Notes under the pieces: generated by a model
What the model was told of the DNA's origin: nothing
Database searches by the model: none
Seen by the model: the letters and a program-made list of their open reading frames with translations, nothing else
From: Gemmatimonas sp.
GTDB lineage: Bacteria; Gemmatimonadota; Gemmatimonadetes; Gemmatimonadales; Gemmatimonadaceae
DNA: 64,000 nucleotides
Direction: 5' to 3'
Assembly (NCBI GenBank): GCA_965279375.1
Contig: OZ257156.1
Coordinates: 1,408,001-1,472,000 of the forward strand
Made by a program: the position numbers and the translations under genes
Shown: positions 1 through 9,563 of the stretch, in pieces
Numbering within the stretch: position 1 is the first letter of the stretch
Layout: every line of letters begins with the position of its first letter

Positions 1-2
1 CA

Positions 3-2045
3 CGCTTCGACGCGGATTCACCAACGGTGTTTGGTCGGATCAGCACGGCGCTGCCGCAGGATGCCGGACCGATCCTGCGTAGTGCGTCGCTGCGATTGGT
101 ACAGCGACTGCACGCTATGGCCGCGCCCCAGTCTGCGGTGGCATCCGCTCTGGCACTGTTGCAGGTGCAGGTGATTTGTGTCTGCGCACGTGGCTCGGGA
201 CTCGCACTGCACGGCGACGAAAGCTCGACGATTCGTCTGACAAAGCGCGGCGCTGAGATTCGCGCCAACACCGAAGTGGGCGTGCTGCGCGCCTTCGCCA
301 CGATCACGCAGCTCGCGCAACCGGCGGTGGACGGCTTCACACTGCCAACGGGCGAGATCACCGATCGTCCGCGCTTTCCGTGGCGCGGACTCATGATCGA
401 CGTCGCACGGCACTTTCAGTCCGTCGCGGCGATCAAGCGCCAGATCGATGCGATGGAGCTCGTCAAGCTCAACGTGCTGCACCTGCATCTGAGCGACAAC
501 GAAGGCTTTCGACTCGAGAGCCGACGCTTTCCGAAGTTGCACACGATCGCCTCCAACGGCGAGTACTACACGCAGGCACAGATCCGTGAGCTTGTCGCCT
601 ACGCAGCGAATCGCGGTGTGCGTGTCGTGCCGGAGATCGATCTGCCGGGGCACAGTCGCGCGATCACGGCTGCGTATCCGTTTCTGTCGAGCGATACGAC
701 AGGAGCACGCACCGCCGAGATCGACCCCACGCGCGAGAGTACGTATGCGTTCGTGAGCGACTTGCTCACAGAAGTTGCTACGCTCTTCCCCGATCCCTAC
801 CTCCACGTCGGCGCTGATGAAGTGAACGCGGCGCAGTGGAACAGGAATCCGGCGATTCAGCGCTACATGCGTGCCAACAACCTCCCCAACGCACACGCAT
901 TGCAGGCGCGCTTCACCACACGTGTGCACGGCATCGTGCAGCGACTCGGCAAAACGATGATCGGATGGGACGAGATTCTGGCGCCCGATCTCCCGTCCAG
1001 CGTGGTCGTACAGAGTTGGCGCAGTTCGACGCAGTCGGCGCGCGCGGCGCAGCACGGGCATCAGGTGATCGTGTCGGCGGGGAACTACCTCGACTGGCTC
1101 ACGCCGTCCGACAGTCTGCACCGCATGGATCCGTTCGACATGCGCGCGTTTGGGCTGGCGGCGAGCGATCGCGACGTGCTGCGCGGCACGCGTCTCGAGA
1201 CGGCGATTCCCGAGGGATTCGTCACCGATCTGCAGGCGCGGCTGACGGCGGACGATGAACGGAAGATTCTGGGCGGCGAGGCCGCGATGTGGACGGAGCT
1301 GGTGACCGAGGAGAAGCTCGATGCCACGATCTGGCCGCGTACGGCGGCGGTCGCCGATCAGTTGTGGGCACCGCGAGGCACCGTGACGGCACCGCTCGAC
1401 GAGCGGATTGCTGCGGTCGCCGCTGGTTTGGAGCGCATCGGCCTGCAACATCGTCGCTCACCCGTCGCGATGCGTCGTCGCTTGGCGCCCGAAGGTGGCG
1501 AGCCTCTGGAGGTAATCGCGCAGGCGCTCGAACCGGTCAAGTTCTACGCGCACAACCACAAGGCACGCGGGCAGGGAAGTCCGCCACAGCAGTTCACGGC
1601 GCTGGCCGATGCGCTGTCGCCCGAAAGTGCTACCGCCGTTCGATTCAACCGCTTAGCGCGGGAATGGAGTCCGAGCGCGCGCGGCGCGGGCGACGAGCTA
1701 CGCGCGTTGCTCGTGCAGTGGCGCGACCAGCAGGCGGCGATGGAGACGCTGATCGATCGCTATCCCGCGCTGGCTGATGCCCGTGAGGCGTCGCGGGATC
1801 TCGCCGTCCTCGCCGGGGGAGCGCTCGACGCCATGGACCAGATCGAGCGAGGCACGCTGCCCAGTGCGCAGTGGCGCGCGCGGCTTCAGCCCGTACTCGA
1901 TCGGCAGGCCAGCTACGTGACGGCGGCGAAGAACTTCGTGCAGTCCTTCGTTACACCCCAGCCACCGGGCGACTTGCTGCTGGCCCCACTGGCGGGACTT
2001 CGCCGACTGATAGAGGCCGCTTCGGAGCGCCGGCCGCAGCCCTGA
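3..2045 (+). CDS. GH20 beta-N-acetylhexosaminidase (probably 5'-truncated by window edge)
   Basis: PRFPWRGLMIDVARHF, HLHLSDNEGFR, PEIDLPGH, HVGADEV catalytic DE pair, GGEAAMWTE. Frame is open upstream of GTG 27 to the window start. Confidence 0.92.
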   Translation, partial: RFDADSPTVFGRISTALPQDAGPILRSASLRLVQRLHAMAAPQSAVASALALLQVQVICVCARGSGLALHGDESSTIRLTKRGAEIRANTEVGVLRAFATITQLAQPAVDGFTLPTGEITDRPRFPWRGLMIDVARHFQSVAAIKRQIDAMELVKLNVLHLHLSDNEGFRLESRRFPKLHTIASNGEYYTQAQIRELVAYAANRGVRVVPEIDLPGHSRAITAAYPFLSSDTTGARTAEIDPTRESTYAFVSDLLTEVATLFPDPYLHVGADEVNAAQWNRNPAIQRYMRANNLPNAHALQARFTTRVHGIVQRLGKTMIGWDEILAPDLPSSVVVQSWRSSTQSARAAQHGHQVIVSAGNYLDWLTPSDSLHRMDPFDMRAFGLAASDRDVLRGTRLETAIPEGFVTDLQARLTADDERKILGGEAAMWTELVTEEKLDATIWPRTAAVADQLWAPRGTVTAPLDERIAAVAAGLERIGLQHRRSPVAMRRRLAPEGGEPLEVIAQALEPVKFYAHNHKARGQGSPPQQFTALADALSPESATAVRFNRLAREWSPSARGAGDELRALLVQWRDQQAAMETLIDRYPALADAREASRDLAVLAGGALDAMDQIERGTLPSAQWRARLQPVLDRQASYVTAAKNFVQSFVTPQPPGDLLLAPLAGLRRLIEAASERRPQP

Positions 2046-2126
2046 CACCAGCGAAGGTGATATTCTTCGGAGATCGCCCGTCGCTCATCGCTGCTCGGCT
2101 CGCTCCCGGTCTTTTTCCGTCTTCGC

Positions 2127-3749
2127 GTGACCCTTCTCTCCGTATCGAACGTCGGCCTCTCCTTTGGCGCGACTGAGCTGTTCAAGAACATCACCTTCAC
2201 CGTCGCCGAAGGTGAGCGGTGGGGGATCATCGGTCGCAACGGCGCCGGCAAGTCGTCGATCTTCAAGATCATCATCGGCGAGCACGAGCCCACCGTCGGC
2301 AGCGTGGCACGCAAGCCGGGACTTCGGCACGCGCTGCTCGACCAGCACCGGGCGTTCGAGGGTGCGACGACGGTGTGGGAGGCTGGCGCAGCGGCGTGGC
2401 GCGAAGTCATCGACCTCGAGAAGCGCATCGCGGCGCAGGCCATTGAACTTGGTGAGCTTGGCGAGAAGGTCACCGATGAATTTCTCGAACGATTCGGACG
2501 CGATCAGGAGCGCTTCGCCGACATCGGCGGATACGTGTACCACGCGCGCGTGGACGCCGTGTTGCAAGGCCTGGGCTTTGACGCCGAAGAATCGAAGACG
2601 CGACTCGTGTCCACGCTGTCGGGCGGCGAACGCGGACGCGTCGGACTCGCGGCGCAGCTCATCGCGCCTGCCGATCTGTTGCTGCTCGACGAACCGACCA
2701 ATCACCTGGATCTCGATACGACCACCTGGCTTCAGGAGTGGCTGAGTGAGGCGGACGAAACGGTGATTGTCGTATCGCACGATCGTGCGTTCATGGATGC
2801 TGTCTGCACGAACATCCTGCACATCGAAGCGAAGACCAGCGAGTCGTACAAGGGCAACTACAGCCAGTTCGTGCCGCAGCGTGCAGAACGACGACTCACG
2901 CGCGAGCGCGAGCTGGAGAAGCAGCGTGCGTACGTGAAAAAGGAAGAGGAGTACATCCGTCGGAACCTCGCGGGCGTCAACTCGTTCCAGGCGAAGGGCA
3001 AGCGCAAGCGACTCGAGCGTCTGCCGCGTCTCGCGCCACCGCCGGGCGATCCGGCCGCGATGTCCCTGCGCTTTGACGTCGCGGATCGTGGCGGCGATCA
3101 GGTGACGTCGATCCAGGATCTCCGTGTGGAGGTGCCGGGACGAGTGCTCGTGGAGGGTTTCACCGCGACACTGCGACGCAACGACTTCGTGGCACTCGTG
3201 GGTCCCAACGGCGCAGGCAAGTCCTCATTCATCTCCACGATTCTTGGCGATCGCGCGCCGGCGCATGGCGAAGCGCGCGTGGGCAAATCGATCACGCCGG
3301 CCTGGTTCCGGCAGGACCTGTCGGATCTGCCGCTGCGCATTTCGATGTTCGATGCGATCCAGAATCAGCGCCCGCTCTGGAGCCGCGGCAACGTGCAGAA
3401 TCACCTCGGCGCGTTCGGCTTCAGCGGCGACGACGTACTGCGCGAGATTCATACGCTGAGCGGCGGTGAACGCGCGCGCATGGCGTTGGCACTGATGACG
3501 CTCGCGCAGGCGAACCTGCTGGTGCTCGACGAGCCCACCAATCACCTCGACGTCGAAAACATCGAGGTGCTCGAGGACGCGCTCGCCGAGTATGAGGGCA
3601 CGGTGTTGTTGGTGAGTCACGATCGCGCGTTCCTGCGTGAAGTCGCCACGCGCGTGTGGGCGTTCGACGGGACGCGGCTGGTTGATTTCGACGGCCCGTT
3701 CGAAGAGTGGGAAGCGGATCGCGCGCGCAGGGCCGCAGCCGCGCGTTAA
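2127..3749 (+). CDS. ABC-F family ATP-binding protein (tandem ABC domains, no TM segments)
   Basis: Two Walker A motifs (GRNGAGKS, GPNGAGKS), two LSGGE signatures, two LDEPTNHLD motifs, inter-domain linker. Confidence 0.95.
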   Translation: MTLLSVSNVGLSFGATELFKNITFTVAEGERWGIIGRNGAGKSSIFKIIIGEHEPTVGSVARKPGLRHALLDQHRAFEGATTVWEAGAAAWREVIDLEKRIAAQAIELGELGEKVTDEFLERFGRDQERFADIGGYVYHARVDAVLQGLGFDAEESKTRLVSTLSGGERGRVGLAAQLIAPADLLLLDEPTNHLDLDTTTWLQEWLSEADETVIVVSHDRAFMDAVCTNILHIEAKTSESYKGNYSQFVPQRAERRLTRERELEKQRAYVKKEEEYIRRNLAGVNSFQAKGKRKRLERLPRLAPPPGDPAAMSLRFDVADRGGDQVTSIQDLRVEVPGRVLVEGFTATLRRNDFVALVGPNGAGKSSFISTILGDRAPAHGEARVGKSITPAWFRQDLSDLPLRISMFDAIQNQRPLWSRGNVQNHLGAFGFSGDDVLREIHTLSGGERARMALALMTLAQANLLVLDEPTNHLDVENIEVLEDALAEYEGTVLLVSHDRAFLREVATRVWAFDGTRLVDFDGPFEEWEADRARRAAAAR

Positions 3750-3798
3750 ACGTTGGGCGTAGGTCGTGTGTTGCCGTCTCATTCAATGCCCGAGTCCA

Positions 3799-4461
3799 AT
3801 GCGATATCGGCTTCTGCTGGTGCTGAGTGTCGTCCTGCCTCGTCTGACGGCTGCGCAGTATGTTGGCGTATCCGTCGGGCGTTCGGTGTCCACCGTTGAT
3901 TGGCAGTATCCACCGCCACCGGCGGATTGTGGCAACTGTATCTCCGATGCGTATCCCACCGCATCGCGCCACGCGACGACATCGGCCGTCACGGCGCAGT
4001 GGCGCCCGACGTGCACGCTCGGCGTCGTCACCGAGCTCCGGCTGGCGCCCAAGGGCTACGCGGTCACGCAGCCCACGCCGCGCGTGGACTATCTGCAAGT
4101 ACCGTTGTTGCTGCGTGTGGGGCGCATCGCAGGACCACGCGCGTCGCTGCGGCCGTATCTCGAAGCAGGGCCGGCGTTGGCGGTGCGTGTGCGCTGTCGA
4201 GTGTTCTACAACAGCGCCAGTGATCCATGTGTGCGTGGCGCGGTGTTCGGGCAGGACTGGGAGCTGCGGCGCGTTGACCTGTCAGCAATCGGCGGCGCGG
4301 GTCTCGCGTTCCATGCACGGCGCACGATGGTGCAGGTGGGCGGCCGAGTGGATTGGGGGCTGCGGGACATGGGTGGGCCGGAGCGGTTTCCGACTAAACA
4401 CCGCGCGGCGTTGTGGTATGTTGGGGCGCTGATGCCGATTGGTCCGGTGTCGCGGCAGTAG
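3799..4461 (+). CDS. Secreted outer-membrane beta-barrel / porin-family protein
   Basis: Signal peptide from ATG 3799. DYLQVPLLLR and PYLEAGPA motifs typical of OMP_b-brl_2-like proteins. Confidence 0.6.
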   Translation: MRYRLLLVLSVVLPRLTAAQYVGVSVGRSVSTVDWQYPPPPADCGNCISDAYPTASRHATTSAVTAQWRPTCTLGVVTELRLAPKGYAVTQPTPRVDYLQVPLLLRVGRIAGPRASLRPYLEAGPALAVRVRCRVFYNSASDPCVRGAVFGQDWELRRVDLSAIGGAGLAFHARRTMVQVGGRVDWGLRDMGGPERFPTKHRAALWYVGALMPIGPVSRQ

Positions 4462-4486
4462 CACTTCAACACGTGTGAGGTCACCG

Positions 4487-4720
4487 GTGTCGACGAAGCC
4501 CGAGATTACTCATCCAAATGCGAAGGCATTTCCGGCCGGCCTCAGCGGACCTGCGTTGCGCGCGCTCGCACGCGCGGGCATCCGATCGATGGATGACCTT
4601 GCGGGTTGGTCATCGGGAGACCTCGCAGCGCTTCACGGCATGGGTCCCAAAGCGATGCGCCAACTGACCGACGCAGAGCGTGAGCGCGTCGGCGAACGCG
4701 GTGTGTCAACCGACGGTTAA
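4487..4720 (+). CDS. Small helix-hairpin-helix (RNA polymerase alpha-CTD-like) DNA-binding protein
   Basis: SGPALRALARAGI...LAALHGMGPKA HhH motif. GAGG RBS before GTG 4487. Confidence 0.7.
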   Translation: MSTKPEITHPNAKAFPAGLSGPALRALARAGIRSMDDLAGWSSGDLAALHGMGPKAMRQLTDAERERVGERGVSTDG

Positions 4721-4789
4721 GGTCGATGCACACTTCACGTATCAGATCGGCCGCTGGAAACTCGAGGCAGTAATCACACTTTACCAACA

Positions 4790-5287
4790 ATGACCATGCG
4801 AATTCCCTCAGTCCTCGTCGCCATCGCCGCAGTCATCGTCGTACGAGGCACGCTGCACGCACAGGTGCCGCAGCTGGATCCCATGCAACGCGCCGCCATG
4901 CAGGAGGTGGCGGGTCAAATCAACAGACCCGCCGAGTTCGTGCTGCAGCATCGCGATGACCTTGCGCTCACCGGCGCGCAGGTGACTGCGGTGCAAGCGC
5001 TCGTGGTGGCACAGCGCGACTCCGCGCAGGCGCGGCAGCGGCGTACCGTTAACAAGATGCGGGCGAATGCGACTGGCACGGTGATGTCGGCCATCGTGCA
5101 ATGGACGGGTCCGGTGGACGAGGCTAGTGTGCGCGAAACCCTCTGTCAGCAGTCAGCCAGTCAGGTGGATGTGATGCTTGGACTCGCCCTGGATCGACGA
5201 GCGGTCGCGGCAGTCCTCACACCCGATCAAGTCGGGCAACTGATGCGCCTTCAGACCGGTGACCTCCTGAAAGCCATCAGGAAGTAG
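4790..5287 (+). CDS. Secreted helical protein, Spy/CpxP-like
   Basis: Signal peptide. LALTGAQ and VLTPDQ (LTxxQ-like) motifs. Confidence 0.55.
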   Translation: MTMRIPSVLVAIAAVIVVRGTLHAQVPQLDPMQRAAMQEVAGQINRPAEFVLQHRDDLALTGAQVTAVQALVVAQRDSAQARQRRTVNKMRANATGTVMSAIVQWTGPVDEASVRETLCQQSASQVDVMLGLALDRRAVAAVLTPDQVGQLMRLQTGDLLKAIRK

Positions 5288-5300
5288 TAACTATGTCTGC

Positions 5301-5690
5301 ATGAACTCATCTCTCGTCGTGGCAGCGATACTCGCCGTGCTTGTTGGCGCCGTGCACTCCGCCATGGGCGAGCTGGTCATCTTCGCCAAGCTGCGACAGG
5401 GCGGCGTCGTACCAACGCTCGGCGGCGGCGTCATCCCGTCGCGACAGCTCCGCATTCTCTGGGCGAGCTGGCACCTGCTCACGCTCTTCGGTTGGGCGAT
5501 CGCCGCGGTGTTGTGGCTGCTCGCCGCGGAACCATCGGGCGGCAGTCTGCGCGCGTCCATCCTGTACACAGTGGCCGGTGGCATGCTCTCGGGAGCGGTC
5601 GTGGTGGGCGGCGCCACCCGCGGACGACACCTCGGCTGGCTCGGCCTCCTTGGCGTCGCGGTGCTCACCGCATGGGGCGCGTCTCACTAG
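5301..5690 (+). CDS. Small 4-TM membrane protein
   Basis: Four hydrophobic segments. His-containing VHSAMGE and ASWHLLT motifs. Confidence 0.65.
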   Translation: MNSSLVVAAILAVLVGAVHSAMGELVIFAKLRQGGVVPTLGGGVIPSRQLRILWASWHLLTLFGWAIAAVLWLLAAEPSGGSLRASILYTVAGGMLSGAVVVGGATRGRHLGWLGLLGVAVLTAWGASH

Positions 5691-5782
5691 CGCGTCGCCT
5701 GTGGGTATTGACGAGACGAGCGCCGCGCGCGACATCGTACGCTGTCGAGTTCATCGCGCTCCGCCTCCCGCCGTCTCACGCC

Positions 5783-7633
5783 ATGTACTGGCCTCGGACC
5801 ATGCGACGCATCGCCTCTCTCCTGCTGACCCTCCTCGCGTTGACGAACGCCGAGCAGGTGGGTGCGCAGGCGACCACGCGTACAGCGACACCACGTCCAG
5901 CGCGTCAGCGCACGTACGCGAATCCGATCGACATCGACTATCGCTACAACTTCGAGCAACTGAACCAAGGGATCTCGTATCGCTCGGGCGCCGACCCGGT
6001 CATCGTGGTGCAGGGAGGCAAGTACTATCTCTTTGAGACGCTTGGTGGCGGATACTGGGAGTCGAGCGATCTGGGCACGTGGCGACACATCACGCCGTCG
6101 CGCTGGCCGATCAACGACATCGTCGCGCCGTCTGCGCTGTCGGTGCGTGATACGATCTATTTGTTGCCGAGTACGACGAGTCCGCTGCCGATCATGATGC
6201 TGACGCAGCCGACGACCGGCCGCGTGGAGTTCTACAATCGGTTGATGCCTTGGCTACCGATGGCGCGTGATCGCGAAGGACTCACGCTCGCCAAGCCCGA
6301 CTCGGTGCAACCGGGCCCGTGGGATGCGCAGTTCTTTCACGATGCGGATACCGAGCGATGGTTTCTGTACTGGAATTCGTCGAACGCGTATCCGCTCCAC
6401 GGCATCGAGTTGGACAAGAGCAAGCGGCTCGTCTACAAGGGCACGCCCAAGTGGCTCTTCGGACTCGAGCCTGCGAAGCACGGGTGGGAACGCTTCGGGC
6501 GCGATCACCGTGACAGCACGATCACGCCGTTCATCGAAGGCGCGTGGATGACGAAGCACAACGGCACGTACTATCTGCAGTACGGCGCGCCCGGTACGGA
6601 GTACAACGGCTATGCCACCGGCGTCTATCTCGGGAAGGATCCGCTTGGACCGTTCACCTACGCACCCTACAATCCCGTTGCGTACAAGCCCGGTGGATTT
6701 GTTCAGGGCGCGGGTCATGGCAACACGTTTCAGGATGTGCACGGGAATTGGTGGAACACGGGCACGCCGTGGATTGGCGTGAACTGGAACTTCGAGCGCC
6801 GCATTGGACTGCATCCCACCGGTTTCGATGCGGATGGGCAGATGTATGTGGACACGCGCTTTGGTGATTATCCGCATTGGCTGCCAAGCAAGCGGTGGCA
6901 GTCGAGCGATGAGCTGTTCACCGGTTGGATGCTGCTGTCGTATCGCAAACCAGTGACGGCGTCCTCCGCGCGCGACAGCTTTCCCGCAGCGAGCATCACC
7001 GACGAGAATCCACGCACCTTTTGGGTAGCGAAGCAGAATCGCGCTGGTGAGTGGCTCACGGTCGATCTTGGTGCGCCGTACGACGTCAAGGCGATTCAGG
7101 TCAACTATGCCGACTACAAGTCGGGGCTCTTTGGCACCGACTCGACTGGTGTCACGCAGATTCGACTACACACATCGATGGACGGCAAGCGCTGGCGTCT
7201 CGCGGCCGATCTTTCGCGTGAACGCCGCGATCGCCCGAATGCGTACGTCGAGCTGTCTGCGCCAGCGCGCGCACGTTACGTGCGCTACGAACATGTGCAG
7301 GTGGGCGCTGCCAATCTCGCCATCAGCGACATTCGCGTGTTCGGCAACGGCGCAGGTCCATCACCCGCGACGCCGGCGGGTCTCACCGCTCGAGTGGAGC
7401 GCGATGCACGCAACGCGACGATCTCATGGCAGTCGGTACCCGACGCCGTTGGCTACAACGTGCGGTGGGGTGTCGCGCCGACCAAACTGTATCAGACCTA
7501 TCAGCGCTTTGTGGATGACGGCACGACGCTCGAGCTGCGCGCACTCTCGCTGGATGTGAACTACTGGGTCGCGATCGAAAGCTTCAATGAGCAGGGCGTG
7601 TCGTCGTTGAGTGCGCCAATTGCGATTCGATAG
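5783..7633 (+). CDS. Secreted GH43 glycoside hydrolase with F5/8-type C (CBM32) and Fn3 domains
   Basis: ADPVIV, PFIEGAWMTK, GAGHG motifs. WLTVDLG discoidin motif and C-terminal Fn3. Signal peptide (start 5783 or 5801). Confidence 0.88.
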   Translation: MYWPRTMRRIASLLLTLLALTNAEQVGAQATTRTATPRPARQRTYANPIDIDYRYNFEQLNQGISYRSGADPVIVVQGGKYYLFETLGGGYWESSDLGTWRHITPSRWPINDIVAPSALSVRDTIYLLPSTTSPLPIMMLTQPTTGRVEFYNRLMPWLPMARDREGLTLAKPDSVQPGPWDAQFFHDADTERWFLYWNSSNAYPLHGIELDKSKRLVYKGTPKWLFGLEPAKHGWERFGRDHRDSTITPFIEGAWMTKHNGTYYLQYGAPGTEYNGYATGVYLGKDPLGPFTYAPYNPVAYKPGGFVQGAGHGNTFQDVHGNWWNTGTPWIGVNWNFERRIGLHPTGFDADGQMYVDTRFGDYPHWLPSKRWQSSDELFTGWMLLSYRKPVTASSARDSFPAASITDENPRTFWVAKQNRAGEWLTVDLGAPYDVKAIQVNYADYKSGLFGTDSTGVTQIRLHTSMDGKRWRLAADLSRERRDRPNAYVELSAPARARYVRYEHVQVGAANLAISDIRVFGNGAGPSPATPAGLTARVERDARNATISWQSVPDAVGYNVRWGVAPTKLYQTYQRFVDDGTTLELRALSLDVNYWVAIESFNEQGVSSLSAPIAIR

Positions 7634-7684
7634 ACGATCGCGTCTCGCACGACGATCACCAACGCTTCACGTGACGATACTCGC

Positions 7685-8101
7685 ATGACCGATCCTGCAG
7701 CCACTACAACGGCACCCGCTGCGAGTGCCCGACGCTTCTATCACGGAACGAAGGCATCGCTTCAGCGCGATGACTTCATTCAACCGGGCTATGCGTCCAA
7801 CTACACCGACCGCCGATCACCGTGGGTCTACTTCAGCGAGACCATCCACGCGGCAACGTGGGGCGCGGAATTGGCGAGAGGAGACGGCATGCCTCGCATC
7901 TACATCGTCGAGCCGACTGGCTCCTTCATGGACGATCCGAACCTGACCGACAAGAAGTTTCCCGGCAATCCGACCAAGTCGTACCGTTCGCACGATCCGC
8001 TTCGCGTGGTGGAGGAGCTGATGGGATGGCAGGGGCACTCCGCTGCGGAGATTCAGGCCATGCGCGATGGTCTCGCGGGGAAGGAGCCTATCGATGACTG
8101 A
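7685..8101 (+). CDS. arr: NAD(+)-rifampin ADP-ribosyltransferase
   Basis: FYHGTKA, SNY, VYFS, WGAELA, RIYIVEPTG, DDPNLTDKKFPGNPTKSYRS, WQGHS - the Arr family signature. Confidence 0.93.
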   Translation: MTDPAATTTAPAASARRFYHGTKASLQRDDFIQPGYASNYTDRRSPWVYFSETIHAATWGAELARGDGMPRIYIVEPTGSFMDDPNLTDKKFPGNPTKSYRSHDPLRVVEELMGWQGHSAAEIQAMRDGLAGKEPIDD

Positions 8102-8585
8102 CGTGCAGATCAGACTCGCGAGCGATCATGATCGCTCAGCGATTGCGGCGCTCATACTCCCGGTGATTCGCGAAGGCACCACGTACACGCTCGACACGCA
8201 CATGACCGAGGATGCGGCGCTGGCGTACTGGATGGCGTCGGACCGGACCACCTTTGTGGCTGAAGCAGATGGCGTGCTCGTGGGCACCTACTTCCTGCGC
8301 ACCAATCAGGCAGGGGGCGGACAGCACGTATGCAACTGCGGCTACATCACCAGCGCGGCAGCGCGCGGTCGCGGCGTTGCTCGGTCAATGTGTGCGCACT
8401 CACTCGCGTATGCTGCTGAACGCGGATACCGCGCAATGCAGTTCAACTTCGTGGTCAGCACGAACGAGCGCGCCGTGCGGCTCTGGACGTCGCTCGGCTT
8501 CGAGACAGTAGGCCGCCTTCCGGGCGCGTTTCAGCATCCGGTGCATGGCTATGTCGATGCGCTGGTGATGTATCGCACGTTGTAA
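8094..8585 (+). CDS. GNAT N-acetyltransferase
   Basis: ARGRGVAR acetyl-CoA motif, AMQFNFVVSTN, LGFETVG. Start overlaps the end of arr. Confidence 0.9.
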   Translation: MTDVQIRLASDHDRSAIAALILPVIREGTTYTLDTHMTEDAALAYWMASDRTTFVAEADGVLVGTYFLRTNQAGGGQHVCNCGYITSAAARGRGVARSMCAHSLAYAAERGYRAMQFNFVVSTNERAVRLWTSLGFETVGRLPGAFQHPVHGYVDALVMYRTL

Positions 8586-8632
8586 CTACCACGCGCCAAC
8601 CAGCATCGCTGACGCATCATTCTGGAGCTGAC

Positions 8633-9502
8633 ATGTTCGCCTCTTTCGCGCGACGTCGAGTCGTCATTGCTGGACTGCTTGCGTTGCTGGCGGCATGCGA
8701 TCGCGCTGAACGCACGAGTGATCGCGCGAGTGATCGTGCCACCGATCGAATGTCGGATGTCGCATCAGCGACGCTTTTCGCGAAGGTCGGTCGTGGCGCG
8801 ATCTCTGCACCAGATTCGATTTCCTCCGGCTGGACGCGCGTGCATATCGAAGAACTCGAAGACACGCACATCGTCGTGGTCTTTCGTTTGCCCGCCACGA
8901 CGACGTTCGCCGAGCAGGCTGCGTTTGTCTCGGCGCTCGATGCGGCGCCGGGCACGCCCGAACCCGGCGTTGCCATCGGCGGACCGGAGGTTGGCTCGCG
9001 TGGCGATGTGATCGTCAACCTGACACCCGGCGTGTATGTGCTCGCGTGCGTGCGACGTGGCGAAGACGGCCATCGTCACGCGATCGCCGGTGAGTCGCGC
9101 ATGCTGCGCGTGACTGCAAGGCCATCGGCCGATTCTTCGCTGACCGCATCGTTGCACACTGCGACGCCGGTACGGATGGTGGACTTTGCGTACGTCGGTG
9201 AAGAGCATTGGAACGCGGGTGCGCAGTTGTTGCGTATCGAGAACACCGGAGCGCAGGATCACCAGTTGCGATTGGCACGACTCCGAGACGGCGCGACGCT
9301 GCAGTCGTGGATCAATGCTGATAACCCCGACACAGTCGCCACGACGGTGGCGGGCATGGCACGCGTGGGTCCCGGTCAGGTCGCCTATCTGCCAGTCGAG
9401 CTGTCAGCAGGGACGTACATCGCCTATTGCCTCGTCGCCGACGCGACGTCAAAGCGACCGCATGTCGAACTGGGCATGCTGCGCGCGATTCGGGTGCCGT
9501 AG
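8633..9502 (+). CDS. Lipoprotein with two tandem cupredoxin-like domains
   Basis: Lipobox LLAAC. Two repeats of G-x-Y-x3-C...H...G(E/M). Confidence 0.6.
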   Translation: MFASFARRRVVIAGLLALLAACDRAERTSDRASDRATDRMSDVASATLFAKVGRGAISAPDSISSGWTRVHIEELEDTHIVVVFRLPATTTFAEQAAFVSALDAAPGTPEPGVAIGGPEVGSRGDVIVNLTPGVYVLACVRRGEDGHRHAIAGESRMLRVTARPSADSSLTASLHTATPVRMVDFAYVGEEHWNAGAQLLRIENTGAQDHQLRLARLRDGATLQSWINADNPDTVATTVAGMARVGPGQVAYLPVELSAGTYIAYCLVADATSKRPHVELGMLRAIRVP

Positions 9503-9515
9503 CGCTACTGACGTG

Positions 9516-9563
9516 TCGCGCTACGACTCGCGCTGCGACTTGCGCTACAACTTTCGCTACACG
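9516..9563. repeat. Degenerate 12-bp tandem repeat (consensus ~TCGCGCTACGAC) x4
   Basis: tcgcgctacgac / tcgcgctgcgac / ttgcgctacaac / tttcgctacacg read directly. Confidence 0.75.

Noticed and set aside
2127..3749. ABC-F as an antibiotic-resistance (ARE) ribosome-protection factor
   Set aside because: Cannot be distinguished from housekeeping ABC-F by eye, and no leader peptide or attenuator is evident. Subfamily HMMs are needed.
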